NCBI GenBank assembly: GCA_965645245.1
Contig: OZ287067.1
Span: forward strand, 2,418,001 to 2,482,000
Length of the DNA stretch: 64,000 bases
DNA from: Massalongia carnosa
Taxonomy: Eukaryota
Reading direction: 5' to 3'
Part shown: positions 1 to 10,894 of the stretch, one piece after another
Layout: every line of letters begins with the position of its first letter
Numbering within the stretch: position 1 is the stretch's first letter
The notes under the pieces: model-generated
What the model was told of the DNA's origin: nothing
Databases searched by the model: none
The model's input: the letters and a program-made list of their open reading frames with translations, nothing else
Position numbers and translations under genes: made by a program

Positions 1-410
1 CTACCTATAATCTAGAGGGAAATTCAAGCTAGGGGTTGAGAATGGCTCGTTGATAAATAGTGGTGGAAGTGGAGGGGGCACTTCGTGCCTCTCTCGCTCT
101 TAAACTTGGGAGGCATGCTTCATCCCACGGCAGCGCAAGAGGTAGCGATTAACGATCGTATTAGTTCCGTACGTTGATAAGCAGTCGGGAAGAAGTTTTT
201 CGCTCCCTCTAGACTCGACCTAGAGCCTTGGATACCTATACATAGCCCCCCAATCTGCCCATGACCCATAGTTCCTGAAAAGGATCCCAAACACCATGGC
301 TATGACATAGACCCATTCCCGAATGGCCGGCACAAGAACCACCCTATTCGGCTTTCAGAAACCCCAGAGCCCATCCCAGCCCAACACCGTGAACGTTACG
401 TGATGCACAA

Positions 411-1830
411 TTATACCTTGTCACTCGATTGATCGATCAGTTTCCGCTCGCCCGCAGCATCGTGGTAGAACAACTCCACATTGGTGGTCTTGCGGATGCC
501 TTTGTTGTCGTCCACGGGAAGGATTTGCTCTTCGCTATCGGAGCTGGTATCGTTCTTGATGCTATGGAAGGTCCGGCCGCGAGAGCCGAAGGCGTTGGCG
601 GCCGAGTCTTTCCAGGTGTGGAGAGCGAGGTTGTTGTTCGGCGTTGGCTTCGAGTTACTCCCGTGGGTCGCGTGTATGTTCAAAGACCTGAAGAGTGGTT
701 TAAGAGCTGGGATGGTGCAGGCGATGGTGCCGATATTTTCTTCAAGCCTATGCAGTAGGAAGAACATCAGCACCTTCCTCGCGCGTAATGATAGGGTTCG
801 ACGTGCGACTTACGAGGCCCATATATTGACTTGTACGCCATTATCTAGACTATCGTTAGAAAGATGGATCAATCCGGGAACCCGAGACCACTCACAAGTG
901 AAATCCCCTTTGGCTAAGTCGCCAAGGTGCACCATCTTGACTATACCGCAGATCCCGGATCTACACAGGTGGCGGAGAAGTTAGCCATGGTCTGACCGCT
1001 TTGGCACACGATGAATGTACACTACTTACAAGATACCTATGCTCATGATAACCCACAAAGCGTATTTGTTACGATTCGATATCTGTAATTTGCGAAGAAT
1101 GATGATTGGAAATCCAGCACACACAAAATCCGTGATGATAGCCCACGCTGGAACTGCGTTAACTAGAGATGGCTTGGGGAGCTCGGAAATGTCCACTCTC
1201 ACCGTTTTGTGCGTATCCGATGCCCAAAATCTGGCTATACGACCAGCATCGCCCTTTGATTCGAGGATCCCACCCGGCAACGATGGGCGTGCATTGAACC
1301 AGTATCACCACGGCCGTCGCAACACAAAGGAACACCAAAATGCCCATTAAAACGTAGAGAAACCAGCGCAACGTCTTACCCGTCCCTCTAGCCATGATGC
1401 GTAGCAGGAACAGGCATGCCGAAACTTTGATGGTAGCTGTGGACAGAACGTATAAAATCTCGGTGATGTGAAAATAGAGGCCGATGTTGACGATGCTCTG
1501 CAAAGGGATGTAATACATGTGACGCCCAAGTCCTTGGGATACCATCACTATCTGAAACACCACGCTCATGAGGTTCATGAGCTGCAGAGCGGTAAGCCGC
1601 TGTTGCGCAGGGAGTCGCGCGTGAAGGGATTAAACATGATAAGTTACCTGAGCCAGCACAATCGTATGATCATCCCATCCCACATTGCGGATGACTCTGA
1701 TTCGGGCGTACATTCGAGCCGCAACGGCAAGCGTCGAGAGAATGGTGATGGGGACGACAGCGCCGAGTGTGTTGGGACCAAGGTTCCGATCTCCTCCCGG
1801 CGGAGGAGGCATTGTCTGGATATCGGACAT
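411..1830 (-). CDS. Pth11-like integral membrane protein (fungal rhodopsin domain), multi-exon
   Basis: ATG at 1830 (MSDIQTMPPPPGGDRNLG). Motifs RMYARIRVIRNVGWDD, GLGRH, IKVSACLFLLRI, QCTPIVAGWD, TDFVCAGFP and EENIGTIACTIPALKPL lie in exons separated by GT-AG introns (first intron 1647-1582). Confidence 0.9.
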
Positions 1831-4800
1831 GTTGTTGACATGCGGATTGAAGTCCAACGACACGGCAATATAGTTATTCAGAATGTCTTGGTCGATCGGA
1901 GGCACTCTTACGGTACCATGAGGAGCCGGGTAAGTTATTTCGAACGCCCACAACTGGACCCTGAAGCCCTTTCTCAATTCATGCAATCCATGCAGTCCAT
2001 GGCCATGCGAGGATGTGTGGGCTGGAATGAGGCCCGGTATGAAGTCACTAGGCCTGCACGGGTCCAATCGTTAGATCGTGACTAGCTTGATGGATGTTGT
2101 AGTAGTGCCAAAGGCCAGCTCATGACGTCCCCCCACCACGGGAAGACAATGTGAAGGGAGTGAAAGGATGCAGGGACCATATCGGCAGACTTCACGGAGT
2201 ACCGAGTACCGCGTACTGAGTACCTTGTACATGCTGTGTACTCTGCTGGTAGTTACAGAGTATGGATGGTCAAACACTCAAGAAATTGTTCAATTAGAGA
2301 CGGACTAGCGTCCTCAACCGAGCGCAAGGGCCAGGTTTGATAGGGACTAAAATGCAGAGAAAAGCGGGAAGTCCAAAGAAAAAGCATCTGGCCTAGCGAG
2401 GACGGTCAAGGAAAGGAGAGTGTGGGCATGAGTCGCAACGTAAAGGAAATAGGTACTTGGGGCTTAACTAATGCCAAACCTTTGTGGGGATGCCACGAGA
2501 TTTTGTATTTTAGCGTTATCGGTACCTTGATCAAACGTCCACTCGATCGCTTGCCGGATGGCCTTGCTCTGATTAGTGGCGAAACTTCTCCTGGAGCGTG
2601 TGCCGTGTCCCTTGCCTTGAGATCTAGCGTCCCATATTCATCTCGACGACTAGAGCACATTTGGATCACGTTATTGCTTATTTAAGTCCGATGGGGAAGC
2701 CTGCGTTAGGCTACTCGTAGTTACGTATCGTTCGCTTCGGGGATAGTGGAACAATTCTGGCAATCGAGAATGAATCTGTTACATAGTTACCAATAGTTAG
2801 ATATGGTCACCACATCATTTGGACCCGGTTTGCAGAAAACATCATTCATTGGCCATCTTACAGGTAAAACGTATTACCTAAGCTATAAAATCACTGCTCT
2901 CCTACGTTGTAAATCCAATGGTTAACTAAGGAGGTACTCTGCACGCTTGTCACTAAGGATATTTTCCATGCCCATCAGGCATGCGCAATTTCAGTGAGTA
3001 CGCTGTGCAGACTACGAAGGTATAGGCCAGTTGCAGAACCCATATCCCCGGGTTAGTTTACGGAGTAAACTGAACAGGACAGCATGAGTATCATACGATG
3101 GCTTCAGGTGGATAGTCAACTGTTCGTCGCCGATAGGTGTAAATTTACCCAGCAAAGACAGAAGGATATCTAAGCGTACTTTAAGAATTCCGATCCTATT
3201 ACTCTGTACAATCCGTGGCAATTGCCATCACGTTTCCTGGGTCCAATGCACCGCTGTTTTGTTTCGAAAATCAGCCCATTGATTTGCAAATGGCCAGGGA
3301 TCCCTACTATCATACTATTAATGAAGGTTAATTTAAGGTATTCCTAGGTCTAAAGTTACCTACGCCCATTCTGAGATTCCGACCCTAAACACAACACAGA
3401 AACACTAACTATCCCACGTGGTTGAAATTCATGCATTTGTGTCATCCTTGCTGGTTAGAAATAGTTTGAACCTTATACCCCTGATCCAAGTCAAACAGAG
3501 TCTGGGGCCAGAAGTAGATCATCAGAATCTGCTTTGCATCAGCCATCGGCAGACCGGACTGGTTGGATGCTACCAACCACTAAGTCGGAAACCTGGAATT
3601 TCTCCATGCAAATCCTGAGTTTTTGGATGAGCTTGATACGGAAGCCCTTTGCCATAGATTCAACCAATGGATAACGCCGTCAAAGCCCCTTAAGATTAAT
3701 CGACTAGAGAAGTGTTAAACTTCTGAAATGTTGAGCACCACTGTTGGGTATAACCCTTGCATGCTAGCGGGGATAGATACTAAAATAATGCTCCATATCT
3801 CACTACCGAGAGGCTACATGGCGTTGGACCAAGATTGCTACATCTTGGTTGCCTCGGCATCTTCATATCTATATGGAAGACGCTTAGGGGACTCGAGGCT
3901 CACCAAAGCAGCATTCAAAAAAGCATGATGGGGTTTGAGGAAACCCAGTCTAGTCGCTCCCTAAGAGCAAACACGTGACTGCTTCCCGAAAATTCCAAGT
4001 CCCTCACGCTTCGCTTCAGCAACATTGAGATGCTTGGATTTGTTCCTATTTTGGAGCGTACTTTTTCCTTCCAGTCCCCGGTGATCGCGATCTCTTGCGA
4101 AGGAATTTGGAAGAGGGAATCCTCTGCTGGATCATCTCAATTCAATTACCGCTGTGAATTCATCGCGGAAATGTATCTACTCTTCAAAATAAGGAGCCGC
4201 CAGGGGCTCGCAAATCTGGCTTTTCAGTAGAGCCTTCGAGTTGGAAGACACGAAAAGTCCTAGGGGCAATACAGGTAGACCTCCTTGAGGGCATCGAACC
4301 CTCTGGTTCCATGCCTATCCTAGACCCAAATCTCTGCTTTAATCTCTCTCCTCTTTTCATGAGGATAGGAGATCTTCTGTCAGATTGTTTAAGTGCGAGT
4401 TTTTTCCTGTTTCCCGCACGAAATCCCGATTATTTCAATCTCTCAAAACATATTATACATTAGGAGATTTAATAAATTATTCTCGTTTACATACTCCTTC
4501 GCTTTGGGGTGCCTATACAAAGTCTCATCATGCTAGAGAGGATTACACCAAGACATCATCCTTGAGATTGGGTGTGATTCACAGGTTCCAGATCCTTCGA
4601 CCCATGCCGCTTTTCTTCTCTCAAGACGCGCTATAATGGCCTCCAGTAAAACTTGACATCTGGCATGCGATTTTTTATTTGGCTCAACACCGAAGACCAA
4701 GCTCGCGCGTGATGTGGAAAGACAATAGTTCTTCCAGCATTTGGCGAGAGGAGTACGAAGAGATCGTATAGCATCGTCAAGGATTTCTTTGCTTATAGGT

Positions 4801-5260
4801 CTTTTCTAGCGGCATACTCCAAGCCCTGACCCATTGAAGGGAAAACAAAGTGGTTCTATTCTCTCAGTTTCCCTGCTGGCCTGCGCGTGACTACAGATCA
4901 TGTGTCGCAGCGAGAAAATTCTTGCAATTGCATATCTGGTGCACTTACCGTTTCTCTAGTTAGCAAGTAAGAGGCCATCGGATGATCTCGCGCTGCTTAA
5001 AGGTGGGTGCATCTCCATGTCGCTTTAAACCGAAAACCAAGAGTCTGCTGATGGGCTTCACCGTCCTATCTTCAGAGGTGATAATTCTGGATATACGATG
5101 TCTCATTCGACTTAGCAGAGTGCTCCTAGCTTTGAACACAACTAATCAATATTCTTCAATTTTTAAAAGCTCTGGATAGCTATTCTCTCTAACAAAACCA
5201 TACGCGAAGATTTGCCATTTCAAACGCTCCCCCAAGGCCGCTCAGTGTTGCATCGAATCC

Positions 5261-5858
5261 TCACAGGCATGCAATTGCCGCCGCAGCAATAGCTGCGGCG
5301 AACCCTCCCAAATGAACGCTCAGCTCGTTCTCACTATTCTTGGTAGCGGCTGTGGCAGAAGTTGCACTTTTTGAGGACGCGGAAGTGCTCGCTCCGACGG
5401 AGGTCACGCTGCCTTTTGTGGTTGTAGCACTGGCGGCTGACGGTGTCGAACGGCTTGTTGAAGAAGGTGCGGAAGTCGCAAGGCCAGAGCAAAATGCGTT
5501 TGCTTGGGTGTCGAAAGGTTCGCCGGGGCAGAAAGAGGTGAAACACCTTGATCAAAGCAGGTCAATGTCATGTACTGTTTGAAGAGAATGCGGAATAGCA
5601 CCTGCTAACCTCGATTCTATTGAATAGAAAGAGCAGATGCACTTTGTATCATTTTCGCTGCAGCCAGCAAAAACTGCCGCATTACACAAAGTGTACGCCC
5701 TTCATGTCACTAGATTAGCTTGCGGTTTATCAAAGAGCAAAGCGGAACATCGGGACTAACTGGTTTAGCGAGCAGTCGTTTCCTCTTGTCTGGGAAGTCT
5801 CCTGCGCATGTGCGATGCTTGCTACAAGTAGAAGGCGAAGAATGCTTTCGAGAAGCAT
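5261..5858 (-). CDS. Small secreted Cys-rich, Ser/Thr-rich, probably GPI-anchored cell-surface protein (CFEM-like architecture), 3 exons
   Basis: Manual splicing gives MLLESILRLLLVASIAHAQ..NDCSLNQ/AYTLCNAAVFAGCSENDTKCICSFYSIESR/CFTSFCPGEPFDTQANAFCSGL, then a Ser/Thr stalk and a hydrophobic tail (LGGFAAAIAAAAIACL*). The N-terminal domain has 8 Cys. Confidence 0.75.
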
Positions 5859-8031
5859 TATAGGATTTAAATTCAAAGAATGAAATCGTATGGGGTGGAA
5901 AATATGTCCGATGTATGATGATGAGGAAACTGAAAATGAAATGATGCTAAGTTGGGGGCACGAAGGATATATGTTCCCAAGGTCCTTCCCAAGCGGTATG
6001 AATAAACTGAATTCAATTTCTCCAATCAGTTTTTCTCGTTTAGCTTTCACCAATTAGCAGGACGAGCGCCCGGACTAGCTTTAGGCGGCCGAAACAAGAA
6101 TCAGCCCATTTGCAAAGCCCTTTTCTCCGCCATGAACTGATCTTCGCAGTTTGAATGGCCTGCGAAGTTCCTATTGTTAAGAGGGGGCTTTGGTTATGAG
6201 CCCAATCTCGTATCCGAAGGTCGCAAATGTTGCGATGATACCTACGAGTTCGACGAAAACAAGGATCAACCACGGGTAGAAGGATGCCCAGCTGTGGTAC
6301 TCTCCGGTAAACGGTGCCCTATAATTCTGTATTTTACTTTCTGGCTATTTGAGAGATTGAAGTTGAAAAGAGTTCAAGTGCATGAGATGGGACGTTTTCT
6401 ATCCTTTGGATGGGGCACAAAACCATTAGCATCAAACAGCTAACTCGATGAGTCAATTTGAATTTTATGCCGCGATTTGGCATGTAGAAACAAATAGGTG
6501 GATATGAAATTCGTTGAGCTAGGCATAATGACAACGTTGAGTAAGTAGTTCGGCTAGGGCGAAAATCGGGCAGATTGTGAACAGCCGATGGAGGTCGAAT
6601 ATGGATAGCTGATGAAGAACGAAGACAAAGAAAGATGATGTTCAAATAATTGAACATGAACAGAAAAAAAGAGACATAAATAAAAGATCTACTGGCATTT
6701 TTCTCCTCATCATTCTCATTGACTCTAAGTTCAGCAACAAAAAAGCATTTTCCTCATTGGCTCACTTCTTGAGTTAGCCGCATAGATAGAGGGAGGTTTT
6801 CTCCTTACTGCTGTCAAAACAAAGTCATCATAGAAGAGGTTCTCGGCAAAACCGAGCATCAGTAGGGCAGCAGCGAGGGTAGAGGTGTCTAATCAAAGAT
6901 AGTAATTATATATGTTCAGCCGACACGAAGGAGCCTGCGAATTTCTAGGTCGTCCGACCTGAGATGAATCAGATTGAAAACATCGAGATACTTGAATAAA
7001 ATGAAGAGACTACTATATCTCTTTTATATTTGCGGTACATTCCTTGAAAGACTGCCAGATACAGCAAGTTAGCAAACTTAAGCGCTCCGTGAGTTGCTCC
7101 TGTTCATGAAGATTGTTTGCAAGGATAACGCTCAATGGTGCTTAATTCTATTTAGAAATTTTCCTCCATATAAGGGAAATGTAAGCTTCTTGCTAGGCTA
7201 CAAGAGCTCCTAGCGAGATTATCAACAGCCTAGATCTTTCCCCTCTAAGCGTACTAAAACGGCTTGTCAGAGTTCAGAACGCTATTATAGAAAGTCAAAG
7301 GTCCCTCTTAGTGCAACTGAGAGCCTCAACTGAACCTATATCCGTTGAACGCAAAGGAAAGTAGGTAAGCGCAACGTCGTCGAGGACCGCGTGAAGTAAA
7401 AGCAAAGTTTTTTTCCACACGAGGCACTGACTATTCAATCGAGGGGGTTTCATGAGTTATAACTATCGGTTGCAATGATTGTAATTTCGGCTGATGAGTG
7501 ACTAACCTTCTAAATAAACGTTGACTCATATTCATCGCTCATTCATACCCAGCCTGGAGAGTTAAGGTCCCAGGAGTAATAAAAGCCTGGAGGAAAGCTC
7601 AACAATGGCCCATCAGCAGCACCAAATTCCGTGTCGGTCTCCACTCTAATTCTATTCTTTCTATCAAACCAACAGCTTTGCGAATAGAAAAGAAAAGATG
7701 GGAACAGTTATATCAATCTTGAAAGTGACGGAAGCTTTAGTAACCGCAAAACGACTAGGCAGATATTCGCGCGCTGGACTCTCGTCTAATGCCTTCTTTC
7801 TTAGGTCTGTCTTGATTGATATGGATTGATCGAAACAATCCACCCTTCCTGATCATTCTCGGCGAGGCATGCTGCGAAACCGGCAACGATGCAGTTTGTT
7901 TATAGGTACACCGTGATAGGTATGTTTGGAGATGGTAGTAGGAGCGTCGTCACATTGATGCAATTAGGGATAAGGTACCACGCATGAGTATAGAGTAACT
8001 TCGTACGAAAATGTCGGTAACTTACCGAATA

Positions 8032-8121
8032 CAGGCACGTGGGTGTCAAAAGTTTTTACCTAATGGGGGTCAGGGCCCCTCACCAAAATTTTCAAGGCAC
8101 CTCACCAAAATCATCAGAATT
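8032..8121 (-). mobile_element. Detached 3' end (TIR) of the Tc1/mariner element at 24467-25773
   Basis: TA-CAG terminus. GGGTGTCAAAAGTTTTTACCTAATG at 8041-8065 is identical to 24471-24495. It abuts the TA TSD of pogo copy A. Confidence 0.85.
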
Positions 8122-8123
8122 TA

Positions 8124-10641
8124 ATCGTCGGCTCGCTTAGCTCGTGGATCCGACAAAAATGCGAAAGCATTTTAGTCGGGGAAAGCGGTGCATCCCGGAA
8201 AGCGGTGCATCCAGCCAAAATCATCAAATTTTCATCTTTTTCACCTTTTACCCTCAATCATCTGGGTTAATCATTAGCTAACGTCATACAAAGCTTGAAA
8301 AACAGTGTCATCATCATAACCATCATCAAAATCATCCCCTCGACCCCCCTGATCCCTTCGATCCCCCCGATTCTTCCGGTTCCCCCCATACCCCGCATTC
8401 TCCTCATCCTCTTCATCCATGAAAGATACGAAATCACTTTGCATCTCGATGGAGCCCCCGAAATCTCTCTGCACCCATGATTCTTCATCTACTACAATCG
8501 CGGTTTCTTCCTCATCAATCGTAGCATTGACACGTGGATTTTTTCTGGCTTCTTTCTTCGCTTCCTCAGCTATCCACACCTCATTCGTCGCTTTCCATAA
8601 GGCCTCGGGGTCAGAAATTGCTTCATACAACTCAATTGGTATGGGATTGAGGGTTTTGGTCATTTCTTTTAATCGTTTGACTCGATCCCTTTCTGCTTTT
8701 CGAGCAGCCATTCCCTTGACGTGAATTTCGTCTCTTTCCATTCTCCATATCTTCATAAACTTATTGTCCACTCGTTTCTTTTCAGCCTTTTTTTCGTGTT
8801 GTAGCTTCATGGTTAAGGCATGCTCCGCATCTTCCTTAGTCAGTCCCAATTTTCCTGATTCAGGTCTCAGTCGTTTGCGAGAAAATTTTCTACTGTTTAA
8901 CTGTTGCATTCGTGTCTGTTGCCACATTTTCAGCTCCGTTTCCTTGAGAATCGAGTTCGAAATAACTTCTTTTGCATTGATAACGAATGAGTCAAATTCC
9001 TCAGCCCGAATGGGGTCACTCCATTGCATAGATTCCTGAATTTTTGGTCCCCATTGATGATCCAATCCATATTCTATGTCGGCTATTTCCCTTGGTTGGA
9101 TTTGACGAGGTAGGGGGGGTAATGGGAGCTGATTATCATTATTCGTCTCGGTCAGAATCTCAGTCAGATTGTTTGGATTGTTGGGATTGAATGTTTTCAG
9201 CTGTTGAATGCATGCTTTTGGATTAACAGGCCACATGCCCGACTTTTCAAAGGCATGTCGAATAGTGGATGGTTTGAAGGTATTATTCCTGATTTTGACC
9301 AAATCCTTCAGAAATTGCGTCAGGGAATACTCAATAAATGACTCCGATATAGTCTCTTGAATAGCCACATTATGCCAATGCTTATAGGGTTGAAATACAC
9401 CCACATCCAATGGCTGCATACAGTGGGTTAAATGCGGAATTAGTGGATAAGGACGAATGTGATTTTCATTGGCCAAAGCAACAAATTCAGGAGTAATATG
9501 ACTGCCGTGATTATCCATAAGCAACAATTTCCAATCCGCATTCGGTCCTGCATCTGAATTCTTGATAAGATGCTTCAGATATTCAACTGCTATCTTATCA
9601 GATGTAAATCCACTGTCCGAAGGCACGATATGCGTGCCCTGTGGCAGATCATCCGAAAACCATATGGCCATGATGTCATGACCTTGTATGATGACCATTG
9701 GAGGGGGGGGATAGTCGCCGGCAGCATTGATTGTCTCGATAATCGTCGCCGATCTACGGTTTTCCGGGCTGACCGCGTAGAATTGTTTAATTTCCATGGG
9801 AACAAGAATTTCCTGTCCCCTCATGCACCCAATGCGGAAGCCAGCTTCATCAAAATTCAGAATATTTCGTCTTTTTCGAATATTCAGTGTTTTCAATGCA
9901 TGCCTATAATCAGCAAACCATCTGGTCACATCCGATTCCTGAGCGGCTTCAAATCGGATCATGGACAATGGTTTTGTCTTGATTTTATGCAAATTGCTAC
10001 GCTTCCACCAATCCCGAAACCATCGTCTTGACGGCCCTACATCGAGGGGATTATGAGCTTTTTTCAAGCTTACAATGGCATTAAAAACGATTTGATGCGT
10101 AGGTGGAATTCCATGCACCAACAAAGATTGAATAAAACCATTGATAGCCTTTGTTTCATGATCTCTCAATATCTGATTTTGTCCTCCATTTTTCACTCCC
10201 GAACAACGACGAATGGAAGAAGTCAACGTTTTAACGTTGACGTTGAAAAGTCTAGATGCAGTCATCTTGGTTTCTTTGGGATTTGTCTTCAGAAATTGCT
10301 TCTCTTCCTCCATAGGATTGAGAATGGGGGCGTTACTATCCATGGAGTGGGTTAAGAATGATGGATAAAAAGGATGATTGAGGACGTATAGAAAAGCTGA
10401 ATATGCGACAATCCGATGAAATAACTAGCTATTTTAGGAATAAATGCTGGGAAGGCTATACTTATCAATATGAGGTGATTAAATCGTCAATAATCAAGGT
10501 AGTTATTCAGATGATTGAGGGTAAAAGGTGAAAAAGATGAAAATTTGATGATTTTGGCTGGATGCACGGGATGCACCGCTTTCCCCGACTAAAATGCGAA
10601 AGCATTTTAGTCGGATCCACGGAGCTAAGCGAGCCGACGAT
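8124..10641 (-). mobile_element. pogo/Fot1 DNA transposon, copy A (full length)
   Basis: TIRs of ~140 bp starting ATCGTCGGCTCGCTTAGCTC. TA at 8122-8123 and 10642-10643. Near-identical to 25774-28334. Confidence 0.97.
8274..10343 (-). CDS. pogo/Fot1 DDE_1 transposase, 689 aa, intact, intronless
   Basis: NFDEAGF, LLMDNHGSH and QPLDVGVF catalytic motifs, N-terminal HTH region and acidic tail. Confidence 0.95.
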   Translation of the reverse strand: MDSNAPILNPMEEEKQFLKTNPKETKMTASRLFNVNVKTLTSSIRRCSGVKNGGQNQILRDHETKAINGFIQSLLVHGIPPTHQIVFNAIVSLKKAHNPLDVGPSRRWFRDWWKRSNLHKIKTKPLSMIRFEAAQESDVTRWFADYRHALKTLNIRKRRNILNFDEAGFRIGCMRGQEILVPMEIKQFYAVSPENRRSATIIETINAAGDYPPPPMVIIQGHDIMAIWFSDDLPQGTHIVPSDSGFTSDKIAVEYLKHLIKNSDAGPNADWKLLLMDNHGSHITPEFVALANENHIRPYPLIPHLTHCMQPLDVGVFQPYKHWHNVAIQETISESFIEYSLTQFLKDLVKIRNNTFKPSTIRHAFEKSGMWPVNPKACIQQLKTFNPNNPNNLTEILTETNNDNQLPLPPLPRQIQPREIADIEYGLDHQWGPKIQESMQWSDPIRAEEFDSFVINAKEVISNSILKETELKMWQQTRMQQLNSRKFSRKRLRPESGKLGLTKEDAEHALTMKLQHEKKAEKKRVDNKFMKIWRMERDEIHVKGMAARKAERDRVKRLKEMTKTLNPIPIELYEAISDPEALWKATNEVWIAEEAKKEARKNPRVNATIDEEETAIVVDEESWVQRDFGGSIEMQSDFVSFMDEEDEENAGYGGNRKNRGDRRDQGGRGDDFDDGYDDDTVFQALYDVS

Positions 10642-10643
10642 TA

Positions 10644-10762
10644 GCATTTTGGGTTGTATGGCTGAGTTGGGTTGTATGGCTGAGTTGGGTTGTATGGCTG
10701 AGTTGGGTTGTATGGCTGGCTAGCACTAAGCGAGGCGACCGGAGCGATGTGGGTGGCACGGA
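10644..10762 (+). mobile_element. Detached 3' TIR of pogo element C, with 4 tandem 18-bp repeats
   Basis: GGCTGGCTAGCACTAAGCGAGGCGACC..GCGATGTGG..GTGGCACGGA-TA matches 30499-30558. GGGTTGTATGGCTG(AGTT) occurs 4 times at 10651-10718. Confidence 0.88.
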
Positions 10763-10894
10763 TAAGTTTTCCTGTATTTTTATTAGAAAACCGATGACAT
10801 TAATCGTCGGCAAAGCACCAGCGCATCATTTAAATTACTATCACATTTACTATCACTTTATTATATTATTATCACATCATAAATCATTGCTATC

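Noticed and set aside
429..2085. Plus-strand ORFs over the Pth11-like gene, and similar antisense ORFs over the transposases, LINEs and ferric reductase
   Set aside because: Antisense shadows of well-supported genes, with no independent motifs.
2700..5000. Possible degraded gene (weak kinase-like words such as KLDIWH)
   Set aside because: Too many stops and no ordered diagnostic motifs.
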